A stretch of 63,586 bases of DNA, the filler included, from Craspedostauros australis (lineage: Eukaryota), in the NCBI GenBank assembly GCA_030167865.1. It is 7 parts of 7 records of this genome, joined end to end, with 100 filler letters (N's around TTAATTAATTAA, not from the genome) between each part and the next. Parts side by side here need not be neighbours in the genome. Positions count along the whole stretch, not along the records: positions 1 to 16,988 come from JALAGF010005420.1; positions 17,089 to 34,217 come from JALAGF010005421.1; 5 more parts are not named here. One strand, given 5' to 3'. The notes below the pieces were generated by a model. It worked only from the letters and a program-made list of their open reading frames with translations, was not told the origin of the DNA and did no database searches. Every line of letters starts with the position of its first letter. Positions within the stretch are counted from its first letter, which is position 1. The position numbers and the translations under genes are program-made. Positions 11,542 to 24,504 of the stretch are shown here, in pieces.

Positions 11542-14500
11542 ACAGGAAGGGCAAGAGCAACAGTCGGTGGCAGCACAGCGACAGACTCGGAGCCCACAAC
11601 AAGCGCCTGCGGATTGGGAGGTTATACCGCAACAGACCGACCGCGGAAGACGACGAGAGACGAACGAGGGTGGACGGACGAACAGGGTGAGGAGGAGAAT
11701 GCTAAGGAAGCAAGAAGGACAGCTGCGGGTAGGAGTGCAGAACTTCGGAGGACTGGGCAGACGACTGGGAGCAGTGGACGAAGGGTTGAAGAGGTGGATG
11801 AATGAAGGGGAGTTCGATGTATTTGGGATTACCAAGGTGAATGTGGATTGGAGGACGACATCAGCGGAGCATACTCTGAAAGGCAGAACGCGAGAATGGT
11901 GGCCAACAGGGACGGCGGTTGCAAAAACAGCAAACAATCGAACGAGCGAGGCGACAGAAAGCAAGCAGTGGGGAGGAGTGGCGATGATCAGCAGATTTCA
12001 GGCTGCAATTAGAATCATGGGCCAAGGAGAAGATCCGACCAAACTAGGGCGGTGGGTATGGCAGAGATACCGAGGGGCGAACCAACAGACGCTCCGAGTG
12101 GTAGTGGCATATTGGCCATGTCGGCCAAGAAGCAAGGGGTTCCTCAACACGCATGCACAACATCGGCGATACTTCAATGAGAAAAGGAAGGACAGAGAAC
12201 CACGAATTGCGATGATAGAAGATTTGCAGAAAGCAATCCGGGAATGGAGAACAGAAGGTGATCATATCATAGTGGCAATGGATTGCAACGAAGATACGGA
12301 CTCAACAACGATGCGAGAATTCAGAGAGAACACAGGACTAAACAACACCATGAAGTGGGCAGGCAAGGAAGTGAGCCGGCTACCAACACACCGACTGGGC
12401 AAAGTACCTATAGACGGAATATTCGCCACAGCAGGAGTACGGATTGAAGGAGCAGGAATGAGCGATTGGGATGAAGGAATACAGCTGAGACAGGCTGATC
12501 ACCGATGCCTGTGGATCGACATCAGCATGGTGTCAGTGCTTGGACAATCGATGCCAGTACTCCGTAAAGCAGTGACGAGAAGAGTGAAAACAGAAGATCC
12601 AAGAATCGTGAAAAATTCAACGAGGCATACGAGACCCATTTGCGACAGCACAAAGCAAGGTCAAGAGCATTCAGGTTGGAGAAGGACGCAAAAGAAACGT
12701 GGACAGCTGGGATGGAGAAGGAAGCGGAAGCACTCGACAGGATAAGAGTAGAAGGAATCTGGAAAGCCGACGAGAAATGCCGCAGACTGCGGATGGGAGG
12801 TATTCCGTATTCAAGAGAATACAAACGAATCGAGGCACGCATCGGGTTGTGGAATAATGTGGTGAGAAAAAGGAAAGGAGCCAATATCTCCTCGACGATG
12901 GTAGCGAGGTTGGCAAAGCGAGCGGGAGAAACAAGAAGAGTGAAGGAACTCATGAGATGCGGCGGCGACGAAGTGGACAAGGAACAAGCGGCGGCATATA
13001 CGGAGCTGAAGCAGTTTCGAGTGCGAGCGACGAATGCACGAAAAAACTGGCTGGAGGGGTTGGCGGAAGCAAGAGGACTCGAGGAAGTCAGAAAGCGTGC
13101 AGAACAGAAGACGAACGATGTCGGCGGCACACAAGAAATGAACGCGGGAGAGGCAACGGCACAACAATTACGCCAGCTGCGAAAGAAGGAAAGAGTACGG
13201 GCAACATACCAGAGAATACGCATGGCAGCAGGCGACAACGCAACGGCAGGGATATCGATGGTGATCGCGCCCGACAGCAATGGGCAGTGGGTCGAGAGAA
13301 CAGGCAAAGAGGAGATCGAGCGAGGGTGCATGGAGGAAAACAAACGAAGGTTTCGGCAGACAGAAGAAACACCATTCATGCATGGACAGCTTGCGCAGGA
13401 ATGTGGATACCTTGGAGTAACCGACGCAGCAGAGAAAACACTCAGCGGGACGTACGAGCCACGACAATGGGTGGATGAAGGTGCCAAGAAGCTACTGGCA
13501 GGGTTGAGGTTGGTCACAAGCCGAAGCATACCAGCAGGAATGACGACAGAGGAATTCCAACAAGGATGGAGGAAAGCCAAGGAGGACACATCGGCAAGAC
13601 CATCGGGGTTACACTTCGGCCACTTCAAGGCCATCGCATATCACCAAGGGAACTCGGAATTTGAAGCAAGTATGACATCGGTGGCGATGGTGAGCGGATA
13701 CTCATACCAAAGGTGGAGGAAAGGCACGGATGTGGAGCTGATGAAGAAGGCGAACAGTTTCCGAGTCAATAAGCTCAGAACGATCGTTCTCTTCGAGGCT
13801 GACTTCAACTTTGCAAACAAAGCGATTGGAAGGAAGGCGGCCCACCAAGCGGAACGACAAGACGGGTTCGCGGAGGAACAGTACGGCAGCAGGAAGCGGC
13901 ATTGGGCAATAGACCATGCGCTGAATAAGCAACTCACAATGGACTGGACGAGGCAAACATGAATACCAACGGTGTTATGCACCAACAACCTGAAGAGTTG
14001 CTACGATCGGATCGTACATACGGTGGCGTCGATGGGATTGCAGCGGCAGGGAATCGCACAGTCAGAAGTGGTGTGCATGTTCAGCACGCTCCAACAGCTT
14101 GAGCACTACATCCGAACCGCGTACGGAGAGTCCAGACTGACGTACGGCGGTAAAAGGTGGGTGGTGCCGATGCAAGGCATTTACCAAGGGAATGGAGCGG
14201 GCCCTGTGATATGGGCGGTTATCTCCTCGCCAGTGCTGGACATTATGAAACGGGAAGGGCACACTGCAACTTTCCGAACCGCGGTAAGCAGTGAGGATGT
14301 CGAAATGGTGGGCTACGCGTTCGTGGACGATACAGATCTCGTAGTGAATGCACGAGACGGAGAAGATGTACAGCAAACCATACAACGAATGCAACGGAGC
14401 GTACAATCGTGGGAGAGCCTAGCAAGAGCAACTGGTGGAGCATTGGTTGTGGAGAAATGCATGTGGTGGGCCGTCGATTTCAAGTGGAATGCGGACGGCA

Positions 14501-16988
14501 CATGGAGATATGCCACGGACGAGGAGACGCCAGCTGCGCTGATGATGAAGGGGACGACAGGGATACCACAGGCGATGCCAAGAAGCGGGTGCCACCAGGT
14601 GTTCGAAACGCTGGGAGTGAAGCTCGCGCCGGATGGCAATGACTCGGCGATCGAGACAACGCTACAGAAAAAAGCGGACCAGTGGGTTGAGAAAGTGCGA
14701 ACATGGCGCATGAGGCAGGAAGACGCCGAAATTGCGGTACGAACCGTGCTGATGAAGAAGCTGGAGTATGTGTTACCAGTGGCCCAGCTGTCAAGAGAGC
14801 AGTGCAACGGCATTATGAAGCCAGTATGGAAGACCATGATGTCGAAAGTGGGCTTCAATAAAGGGTTTCCAAGAGAAATGGCGTATGCAACAGCGGAGTG
14901 GCTAGGAGCGGACATGCATGAGTTGCACACAACACAAGTTGTGGAACATATGAAGATGGTCCTTGAGCATGGAGAAAGGATGACAATGACGGGCAAGCTG
15001 ATGAGAGGGAGCATACAAGCAATGAAGACGGAAGTAGGCGTGGGCGCATCCTTATTTGAAATCGGGTACAAGGAGTGGGGGTTCTTGGCGACAGCGTGCT
15101 GGGTCAAGACCGTGTGGAAGGAAGCCAGCGAGTGCGGCATAAGGATCCGGGAGAAGACAGCAACGGCAGCGCTTGCACACGACCAAGATGAATGGCTCAT
15201 GGTAGCATTTCGTGATGCAGGGTACAGCAGGATGCAACAAACTTGGCTGAACCGATGCCGCATTATCATGCAAGTGGTAAGCGTGGCAGATGTGATAGAC
15301 GAGTGCCGTCAAAGCGTGATGGCCAGGCAACAGTACAGCGATGAAGGCAAATGGCGAGGACGGCAGCACATCAGCTGGCCACGACAAGGCAAGGTACCGC
15401 GAAAAGACTGGAAGTTATGGGACCAAGCACGTCGACGAGTGGCGACAACGGCACGACAAGGGACGATGTGGGATATCACGAATGTCGGCGCAATGCGCAG
15501 TGATGATGGATGGATAATATGGGCGCGAGAGAATGCGCATGAATGGCGACGATGGAACGCAAGTGGCGGCAAGGTCTCAGGCGTAGCAGAATACGTGCAA
15601 TCGAGAGACACGACGAAGGAGCCGCCGGAAGACTGGAGAGTCGTCTACTTGCGGGAGCGGTCCGAACGACTGCGAGTTATGGGCACAGGTGGCAGAGCAG
15701 GACGCCACGGAAACCAGCACAGCACGCGGATGCAGCAGTCAGAACAAAGGTGGCTGGAGGCGGTGCTCCAAGGCAAGGCAGTCATCAGTACCGACGGGTC
15801 GTACAAAAACGGAAGGAGCACTGCGGCATACTCTCTCAATATCCAAGGGCAGCGGCGAGGCCAAGTGTCGGCAGCCAGTGCAGTCCCAGGGCGCGAGGAG
15901 GTGCAGAGCGCATACAGAGCTGAAATAGGTGGCATCCTGCAAGCACTGCGTAAGGTTGAAGCGATCATAGACGCGTGCGGGGCTGGTCAAGCGGTGCAAG
16001 GAAAGGAAATCATCGTTGCGTGCGACAACAAGATGGCCGGGATTCATGCCGTGGAATATACTCGGGATGTGGGCGTGTCAGTGCAACACTTCGACGTGCT
16101 CCGCGAAATCAGAAGTATCCAGCGGAGGCTGACAGTCCAGCTGAAGTACATGCACGTCTATGGCCATCAGCTTGAGCGAGACCGAGGTGTGAAGCAGGAT
16201 GAGTATGCAGTGTGGAATGACGACGTCGACAAAGCCGCAGGGGCCGCACAATCTGCGACAGCGGCGTATGAGGATGAAGAAATGTGCCACCAGGAATGGG
16301 CGATATGGGTAGGCGGGAGAAAGGTGTGCACTGATGCGGCGCCGATGTTGCGCAGATACATTCAAGGGCGACGGACGGTCCACTGGCAATGCAAAGTAGG
16401 CAGGCTCCAAAAGGCGGAAGCAGGAAAGGTCGACGTTCATGCAGCTCGGCTGGCAATGGCAACCCTGAAGCCGTCGAGACGGAAATGGGTGGCGAAACAC
16501 GCGTGCAGCTTTGGGCCGGTCGGGCGTAACATGCGCAAGTGGAAGTTTTGGAGCCATGACAAGTGCCCCATATGCAAAGATCAAGAGGAGACAACGGAAC
16601 ATGTGTTGCAATGCGCACACCCACTGGCAGTAGCGGTGCGGCTCAAGGCCTTGAAGCAGTGGGAAACTCAGATGATGGCGGCGAGAGGCGATGGAACGAT
16701 GGTGAGAGAGCTTGTGCGACAGGTGCGTGCATGGAGCGAGGGTAGGACAGTTTCTGTCGACGGCGGCCCACAGCTGAGGAAGGCAGTCGAGGAACAAGCG
16801 GAGATGGGTTGGGGCATGCTAGTGCGAGGACGATGGTCAGCACAGTGGCAGAAGATTCAGGAGTCCACTATGCTGGTCAACGATAGCCCCGGACGGCCGG
16901 CGAACTGGATTGCGAAAGCTATGGCAGGGCTCTGGGACGTCAGGTGGAAAGCATGGATGGCACGCAACAAAGTGCTGCATGACAGCGA
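11495..16988 (+). pseudogene. LINE ORF2: APE endonuclease, reverse transcriptase, RNase H, Zn knuckle
   Basis: EN motifs: GVQNFGG, GRWVW, IVAMDCNE, PIDGIF, DHRCLW. RT motifs: SGLHFGHFK, LRTIVLFEADFN, EQYGSRK, KSCYDRI, QGNGAGP, FVDDTDL. RH motifs: STDGSYK, AYRAEIGG, CDNK, HVYGHQ, WNDDVD. Zn knuckle: CPICKDQEETTEHVLQC. Frameshift in the A-run near 12611-12615 and a stop at 13960. Confidence 0.92.
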
Positions 16989-17032
16989 NNNNNNNNNNNN
17001 NNNNNNNNNNNNNNNNNNNNNNNNNNNNNNNN

Positions 17033-17044
17033 TTAATTAATTAA
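17033..17044. other. Artificial scaffold spacer TTAATTAATTAA (also at 34262, 40758, 43079, 55919, 61755)
   Basis: The same 12-mer, with stops in all six frames, lies inside N runs six times. Confidence 0.97.
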
Positions 17045-17088
17045 NNNNNNNNNNNNNNNNNNNNNNNNNNNNNNNNNNNNNNNNNNNN

Positions 17089-19675
17089 CAAGGCCCTCCA
17101 AGACGGACAACAACACCTGCCATCCGATCACACCACAGCGCTACAAGACCAGACCGCAGAAACCGAACACCCTCCACTCGCAGTGCCAGGCTGGGCGAGC
17201 AAAACTACGCGCAAACCAGCGGAACTACCAGACTACATCGCGGACAAGTTGAAGGACATCAGTGAAGCGTCCGCGAAGGACCCGAAAAACAGACCATCCG
17301 AACACGAAGCACACGAACAATTGATGGCGGACGAAAAAGCAAAAACTGACTGGTACGTGCAACTGCACGCAAATCCCATGCGCGTCAAAGCGTCGCTGTC
17401 TGCAGCGTACAACGCCAAGCAACGCAAACAAAAGAAGGAGGNNNNNNNNNNNNNNNNNNNNACCAACACAACAAGCAAAGCAACAGCAACAGCACCTGCA
17501 CCTGCAATCGTGGCGACCCACAATACGCCAGCTGCAACAGAGGAGGAACGAAGAGAAGAAGAGTTGCAGAGAGAGGAAGAGGAATGGGAGAATNNNNNNN
17601 NNNNNNNNNNNNNNNNNNNNNNNNNNNNNNNNNNNNNNNNNNNCAGAGGTGGTGTGATGCTCACACAATGAAGGTCCATGCAGAAAGTGAGGCTGTGTTG
17701 GGTGATGAGACGGAAATTTTGTGATGGCTGTGCGTCACCGCGATAACACGAGTTGTGGAGTTTTGTGGGGGCAGACCATGCTACTAAAACGAGTCTAGAG
17801 ACCATCCAAAAAGCACATCCAATATCTGCTTGTCATGCTATATCTCAACAACACATCATCTAAAATTGAAGCTAATCATCGCGTTCAGATGCCTGACTAT
17901 CTGTTAATCAGAATATTGAAGTTTAATTGATATTGAAGCTGTTTTTATTTTCATGCTGATCCACCACACAATTGTGTGGTGGATTCACAAAATTCTCGAC
18001 CAAGCAATGTTGCCCTCCAATCAGCACCCATGATCATCATCATCATCCTGGTATTTTGATAAACTGCGCACCATAATGGCTTGGTATTCCCCCCATCTAT
18101 CCACTCCGTGAAGATGGGCCACAGATACCCACATGACATGGCCCAAAGTGTCTCTGCAGTAAAAAGAGCGTTGTCAAAAAACCATTCGCAATCTGGATGC
18201 GGTGCGGATACGGATACATACCTCATTCATCCAATCCTTGCAGCCCCTCCACGTGGTCCTCGTGCATTATCATACTCCCTGGCGACACGCTGATGCATCC
18301 AGAATGGGCTGGGCATGTGTGCTCCCAAAGATACACCTCCATTTGGTGATGCCATTGAATTTTGGGGGCACCCACCACCAACAACCATTCGACGGATATG
18401 GTGGGGTGCTGCCTCTTGTAGACCGTCTCCGCGACGGACACTTCGCGAGGTGGATCTTCGGGCGATGCCGCACGCATCTTGTATGGGTGGCTTGGTGATT
18501 GTGTGAGTTGGCAATGGTGCCCTGCACAGCCAAAGCCACATGATGGAAGCCCCACGACACACCGCGAAAATTCTTGTCCTCCACTATTTCCTCCGCGCGG
18601 AGGCCTTCCCGGTCCTCCCCGAGCCTGAAACTTCGTGGGAATCTTGATCTTGGCCTCCTGGAGCCATCCTGCCCATCCATAGGCGTTGGGGTGGGTTGTG
18701 TATGGAGTACACCGGCCATATGTAACGAGGCAATCTGGTGCGAAATTGTGACGTTTGATCTGGGGCCTGCAACGGCCCCAAATCAAGCGCTCTCGCGACC
18801 CCCTCTCGTCCACCCACCAACGGCTGCATCGCGGTGACGGCGATGTGCTTGGATTNNNNNNNNNNNNNCTGGTTGGTGCGGCGCAGTGATTGCCGTTGGA
18901 CCGCCATTGTGGCGTTTTTTGGTGTTCCGCCATTGTCATGTTGTTGTTTTTTGGAGTCTGGCACTCTCAACCAGTCGGACAAACTGGGGGATAAGGTAAT
19001 TGCAAACACCTAACCAAAATGCACGAAAGAAGCATGACACAAAACACTTCCGGAGTACCAATGCAACTCGACCATTCCGTCACGACGAAACGTGGCTGAT
19101 GCTGCTTCGCATCGTGCTGTGATTGGTGGTTCATGACGCAGCAGCCAGTCTGGTGACGTAGATGACGGATCAGACAGGCACAGGGTAGAATGGNNNNNNN
19201 NNNNNNNNNNNNNNNNNNNNNNNNNNNNNNNNNNNNNNNNNNNCAGCCAGTCTGGTGACGTAGATGACGGATCAGACAGGCACAGGGTAGAATGGATGCA
19301 AACGCGCACTCGCCGCTTCTCCCAAAAACTCTACAACTAGCGCTATCGTGGACGGGGCGTTGGATGGTCTGATCGGAACGCCTCAAAAAGAGACTAAACA
19401 ATTCAAAATGGGAACAACGTCGCTGAAACGAAGAACAGCAAAGGGTTAAATTGGATCGATGTAGTCGTAGGCGAAAGGCTGAAACCCGAGAGAGATCGAA
19501 AATTGCNCATATCCATCGGTCCGTAAAACTTAAAATAGGATCTAACTCAAAAATGTAATGGTTAATTATTTGTATTAGACCTACAGGNATTACGAATATG
19601 TGCTTGGTTTGGACAACGGAGACAAAAATCCAAGAGGTCTATTTCAAAGTGTTGGTCGACTCACTCGAGGGGCTC
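17089..19675 (+). mobile_element. Sola3-like DNA transposon, right part (copy A): transposase C-terminus, ~2 kb 3' region, terminus
   Basis: 17089-17590 is homologous to 58480-58960 (GWASKTTRKPAELPDY...). It stays colinear with 58960-60910 and ends GGTCGACTCACTCGAGGGGCTC followed by TTAG. Confidence 0.75.
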
Positions 19676-20335
19676 TTAGAACACCTTGAGCTGCAACAGC
19701 ACACCCGACATTCCGGACAAGGCGCTTGGCATTTCCGACAAAGCGCTCGGCAAAGGAGGGGTTCGAGTGGCCCCAGAACTTGGGTACTGGGACACGCCGG
19801 GCTGTCTGAAATACAGGGGGTGCCCCGCAATAGAGACTTGTCGGGAGTCAATGGATAAATACACTTTTGTGAGGGTTAGGGTCTTTGCAATGCTCTTGTG
19901 ACGTCACGGTTCGCTTTCTTCCTTTCCTGTTCGCGACATCAACTCTGTGCTTCGCTCTGATTGGTGTTCGTAAAGGATGCGGTGAATTCCTCAAACAACA
20001 CTTAATTTTGCGATTCGTGGAACACTCCTCGCGCACATCCGTGATGTTGCAGGTCCCGCACTGCTCCCTCAATCTTCTCATTTCCCATTGATGCTGTTTT
20101 CTTCGTTCTCAGATTCCACGTGGAACGACACCACCCATCAGAAAGAGAAGCAACACGAGAACAACCAAAATCATGGAGAGACAAATCGGCTCTTGGCGGA
20201 GGTATCCTTTGCAAAATAACCCACAGCGCATGGCACAACGAAAGTTGCTGTCCCGCCACCAGCATGCCCCAGTCGCAGTATTGTCCATCACCACTCATTG
20301 TCGCCAAGAGAAACGGTAACGCTCTGAGACAAACC

Positions 20336-21061
20336 ATGTGGTCCATTCCAGCGGCGATATTGTACGCTTCCGTCGTGGTGAATTCAGGCCCTGCAAACGC
20401 GTGGGTGCCCGCAGCACGCCTGCGTTCGAATGCAATCAGCCGAGCAGTCCTGCATGCGGCACTGCCAAAGGCGTACAAGGAGATCGGAGAATCGTTGATC
20501 CTTCAGGCAGGCACGGAGTGCGGGGCCAAGGACGATCAGCTCTCCATCGAGTGGAAGGGTGAGCGCATCATCGTGACGGTGCACGGCGATTCGTACGTGT
20601 CCGATCCCTTTGAGGCAGGGGAGGGAGACGACGATGGAGATAGTGGTGATGGTGGTGACGAGGAAGATGAAGTGACGGCGCCCGAGGCATCGTCGGATGA
20701 CAATGAGGAGAGCGACAGCAAGGGGGTCGACGTCACGGAGCTGGCACGAGCCATCAACCGCGCCTTCGATGATGGAGAGACCGGGTTGGCCATCGCTGAA
20801 AACCATGAGATCGAAGTCACGACGCCCGGCTCATCGGATGAGCTGAGCGGGATTATGTTCGAAGCCTACAAGGGGTTTGACATCGTCTGCCGTCATGTGG
20901 ACCCCAAGTCGAACAAGGAAAAGCAGATCGATGGAAGACTCGTGGAGCGCAACGATCAGTTCACTGTCATCAACATCAAAGGTCGCATGAAGAAACTGAA
21001 GAATGACAACGTGGTTTCGGTCCGGCTGCCGAAAGCCAAGAAGGAAAAGGGCGTGAAGTAG
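20336..21061 (+). CDS. rimP: Plastid-targeted ribosome maturation factor RimP-like protein
   Basis: Signal peptide plus ANAW cleavage motif. LARAINRAFD, IEVTTPG (RimP EVSSPG-like), FEAYKGFDI and an Sm-like tail GRLVERNDQ...VVSVRL. Contains an acidic insertion. Confidence 0.75.
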   Translation: MWSIPAAILYASVVVNSGPANAWVPAARLRSNAISRAVLHAALPKAYKEIGESLILQAGTECGAKDDQLSIEWKGERIIVTVHGDSYVSDPFEAGEGDDDGDSGDGGDEEDEVTAPEASSDDNEESDSKGVDVTELARAINRAFDDGETGLAIAENHEIEVTTPGSSDELSGIMFEAYKGFDIVCRHVDPKSNKEKQIDGRLVERNDQFTVINIKGRMKKLKNDNVVSVRLPKAKKEKGVK

Positions 21062-23607
21062 GAATAGAAGGCAAATTGGGATGAATGGCGAGAGCAGTGC
21101 GATCGCAGGGCGCAAACATGTTGCCGGGTCTCATAAATCATCGTAAAGGAGGGCAGGTGCCTCTTGCCCGGATGGAGGCTTCCGTTCCAATTATTGGTGG
21201 CGCCCAACCTGCGACCAGTGCACAAAGTTGTCAGCACGGAGATGCGGACACAAAGTACAAACGCCGAGAAGGATTCAACGACTGCGCGGCAACGTTCGTG
21301 CAGTGATGTTCGACGGAAAAGAATCAAACCAAACCCGCTCGTACGAAGATGGTACATACTCTCTACAATCGATAAATACCGGTGCGGAACAGAATAGAAC
21401 AGGGAAGTACGGCACAAGCTAAGCCGGGCCAGAGTCGCTCGCTCCAAACGAGAAGGCAGCTTCGGGAGCAATGCTGCATTGAGAAGAGCCGGGCTGATGC
21501 TCTTCGTGCACGTCCCCTCCTTCTCCACCACCTTGATATTCCATACCAGGTGTAAACCATAGAACAACGCGATGCCCGAAGATCAGGTGCTCAACTACAA
21601 ACACACATTGCTCCCGATGTCAACTCAAACTATTCCAGGATATGGCATGGCACCATGCTCCGAGTCGGTGAGGAATGGACCAGCTGCCACGATCTGCTCA
21701 ATGCACTCGACGAGTTTGCAGCTGCCCATGTCACACCCACACCGCGCCCACATACCACCAAGCAGGTGTGAGATGAAGTAAGAGCATGCGCACAGAGAAT
21801 GGTACTATACTTACCACGCGTAGGTATGTTTTATTTCCTATCATGGACACAAAACGACGACGCAAGTAAGTTCAATGGCCGCCTTCAATCGCTTATTCAC
21901 ACAGTGTGCTCCATGGCAGTGATCGCCTCTGAAGAAAAGAACTTTCGTGTCAAGATGATTACTCAAGCTCGTCTGTACGAACCTAACGCGCCAGCTCAGC
22001 CATAGTAGCTCCTTGAGTGCTTGTGAATCGATCATTGACAAATCGAGCCGATTATCTGCTCCTTGGTGCGGCATGGTTGTATGATACTGCATTTGACCTC
22101 ATGCATTTAGTGGCAGGAAAAGCTCTTCTCCCATCGAGCCTGTTGTTTGAAGTTCGGCACTGCCTCGACCTCTTCGAGGTGGGTTCCAACCCATCCACAA
22201 CGGGGGAAATGGAAATGGTGGACAAGGTTCTTGGCTAAGTTGGTGCGAACAGAGACGGCCGCTCGGCATACCAGCGCAAGAGTGGAGGAGTGGGGTACCG
22301 ACCGATGTTTCTGGAAATCGCTGAGGTATCATATGCGAGTCCTCCACAATCAGTTGTTTGCTTGCTTGCCTTGCTCGTCGCCCAGGTGTCACTGCACAAA
22401 GTATTCGGGTTCATGGCATGTGCATCAAGATTTGGGCGCAATCACTTACTTGTACGCACGCAGACCAGCAAGGGGCGCAGTATTGGTAGTCGTAAGTGCC
22501 AGGAGGTTCAACCATCGGGTGGTATGGATCCGCCACGTTGCTTGTGATTCGAAGCGGAATGATTATGCTTCCTGTATGCAAACAGGGGAATCCTTCTCAG
22601 ACCAGCGGATTTGGTTGTGCTTTTTGCGAACAACAGGTTTGTTTTGTGGCCGACGCGTATCGATGACCTTGCCATGCTCTTGACACATTTGCGTATTCTT
22701 CGCCGATAAGTGTGGTTTAGTCTCGAGTGTTCGATGTGGCACACATTACTCACAGAGAGGAACAATACGCCAGAGTGGGCGACCGGCTCCGCAACAAGTG
22801 GCTCGCGAGCCATCGATGGACAGGTCGAGCCGCAATTGCAGGTTGTATCTATGCGCGTACCTGTACGACTATGAGCAATGTTGAGAGAACACTTCCCAAC
22901 CTGCAACCAAAACGGGCCCGCATTTGTTCGATTGTCTTGGTTGCGGTTGTTCCTTGAAGCTGGTGATGTGAGGTCTTGCACATTGCTTACCGCCATGTCC
23001 GATCAGTGTCACAAGATGCACACAAAGAGAAGTCGTTGGGTGGCTGACCACGCCCCTCGAGAGCGCGAAGACATCCAATAGTGTCTCTAGCCTCCTCCCC
23101 ACAAATTGCTTCTTTCTGGAAGCGTCAGGCAGTACCTCTGCCGAAGCTTCACGAGCGAAGTGCAACACTACCCCACATTTTGCAAAATCTGGCTCGACCA
23201 ACAAACGCAACAAAAGCGCGCTACGTTGATGGAAATTGAATCGCACCATTCTGGGCGCCATGTGGCGGCCCTTGCTTTGCTTTGCTTTGTGGATTCGCTT
23301 CTCTCTAGACCCTCGCAACGCAATTCTCCGAACAAGGCACCACAATCAAGCGGAATACAGTGGGTGCCTTGTCGCTCACATGGATAGAAACGCTCTCGCG
23401 CAAACAAGAACAAGACGAAATCCACGGGCCACAAGAGAGTACAACAGAGTACGCTATTCTACGTCGTTTCCGAATCGAAATCACGATGGTAACGATAGCG
23501 ACGACAACACCGACAGTAACAACAAAATACGAGTACACCGTGCAACTCCCGCGATCCTCACAATTGCCACAATAACAATAACAATAACAATATCAGCACA
23601 AACAGAC

Positions 23608-24504
23608 ATGATCCGAGCGATGGATCCAGATGAGATGTGTTCACGAGATCTCCAGTTGGCCATGGAGCTGCAGGAGATGGAGAACAGCCACGGTTCCCTG
23701 CCAGCGCCATGCTGCGAGCATCGAGAGCATCAGCAACACAGCGTCAATTTTCATCAGCCAACCATCAATCATCACAGCATGAACTACCTCGAACAGGACG
23801 GCTTCTTCTCGGCCGATCAGATGAAAGGAGCCGCGGACAACATGCCGTACGTGCTCTGCCAGTTGGATGGTAAGCACATTGAGATGCTCGTGGATTCCGG
23901 TGCCTCCTGCTCTGCCATATCCTCCGTCATGGTCGAGAAGCTCGGCCTACAGCACAAGCTGACGCCCCAGGTGGGCGGCAGAGTCTCTGGCATTGGATCT
24001 GCTCCACTGGTGGGGATCGTGGAGAATGTTGCCTGTTCGATGGGTGCCATCGACTTTCGGCTCTTCTTCCTGGTGGTCAAGTCCGACATGCCGTTCGCCA
24101 TCATGGGCCTCGACCAGATGCGACGCTTCCAGTGTGTGATCGATCTTGGTGATGATTCCCTCCGCTTCGGAGGTTTCCACGGCGTGCGGGTTCCATTCCT
24201 CACCAATGGCAACCAAGTGCAAACGAAAAGCCTGCCGCCACCAACGGTGTCGCAGTTGTCATCCTGCGCTTCATCCCAGTCGTCAACACTTGCGACTCAT
24301 CCACCACGATCTCCTGTGGGAACTTCGGAGGCGATTCCTCTGAGTTTTACGTCGGCATCGTCGACGCAGCATTCGCTACCGAGACTTCCTCGATGCAAGT
24401 CACGAAGAGCAGGACCAAGGTGGGTGCAAAGAATGGAATCCAACGACAGCATGGAAGCTGTTGGTCCAACTTACGCCGTGGAGATGAGAGACGATCCGAA
24501 GTAG
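23608..24504 (+). CDS. DDI1-like retroviral-type aspartyl protease
   Basis: MPYVLCQLDG, MLVDSGAS, GIGSAPLVG and IMGLDQMRRFQCVIDL match the DDI1 RVP domain. An upstream DLQLAMELQEME is UIM-like. The start codon is uncertain (ORF open from 23236). Confidence 0.8.
   Translation: MIRAMDPDEMCSRDLQLAMELQEMENSHGSLPAPCCEHREHQQHSVNFHQPTINHHSMNYLEQDGFFSADQMKGAADNMPYVLCQLDGKHIEMLVDSGASCSAISSVMVEKLGLQHKLTPQVGGRVSGIGSAPLVGIVENVACSMGAIDFRLFFLVVKSDMPFAIMGLDQMRRFQCVIDLGDDSLRFGGFHGVRVPFLTNGNQVQTKSLPPPTVSQLSSCASSQSSTLATHPPRSPVGTSEAIPLSFTSASSTQHSLPRLPRCKSRRAGPRWVQRMESNDSMEAVGPTYAVEMRDDPK

Larger units (their letters stand above)
8282..16988 (+). mobile_element. Ambal-like non-LTR retrotransposon (ORF1 + APE-RT-RNase H-CCHC ORF2), inactivated
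   Basis: Two overlapping long reading frames with strong A/G coding-strand skew and the domain order EN-RT-RH-Zn knuckle. The 5' end is cut by LTR family B and the 3' end is lost at the scaffold end. Confidence 0.9.

Noticed and set aside
19708..19750. Two imperfect 21-bp direct repeats next to the transposon end
   Set aside because: Only two units, no spacers and no further copies seen; not CRISPR-like.
21100..23200. Many short ORFs between the RimP-like and DDI1-like genes
   Set aside because: No motifs, codon bias or splice-supported model; treated as intergenic.
23860..24200. Retrotransposon protease
   Set aside because: The motifs match DDI1 RVP, and no gag, RT or LTR is nearby.
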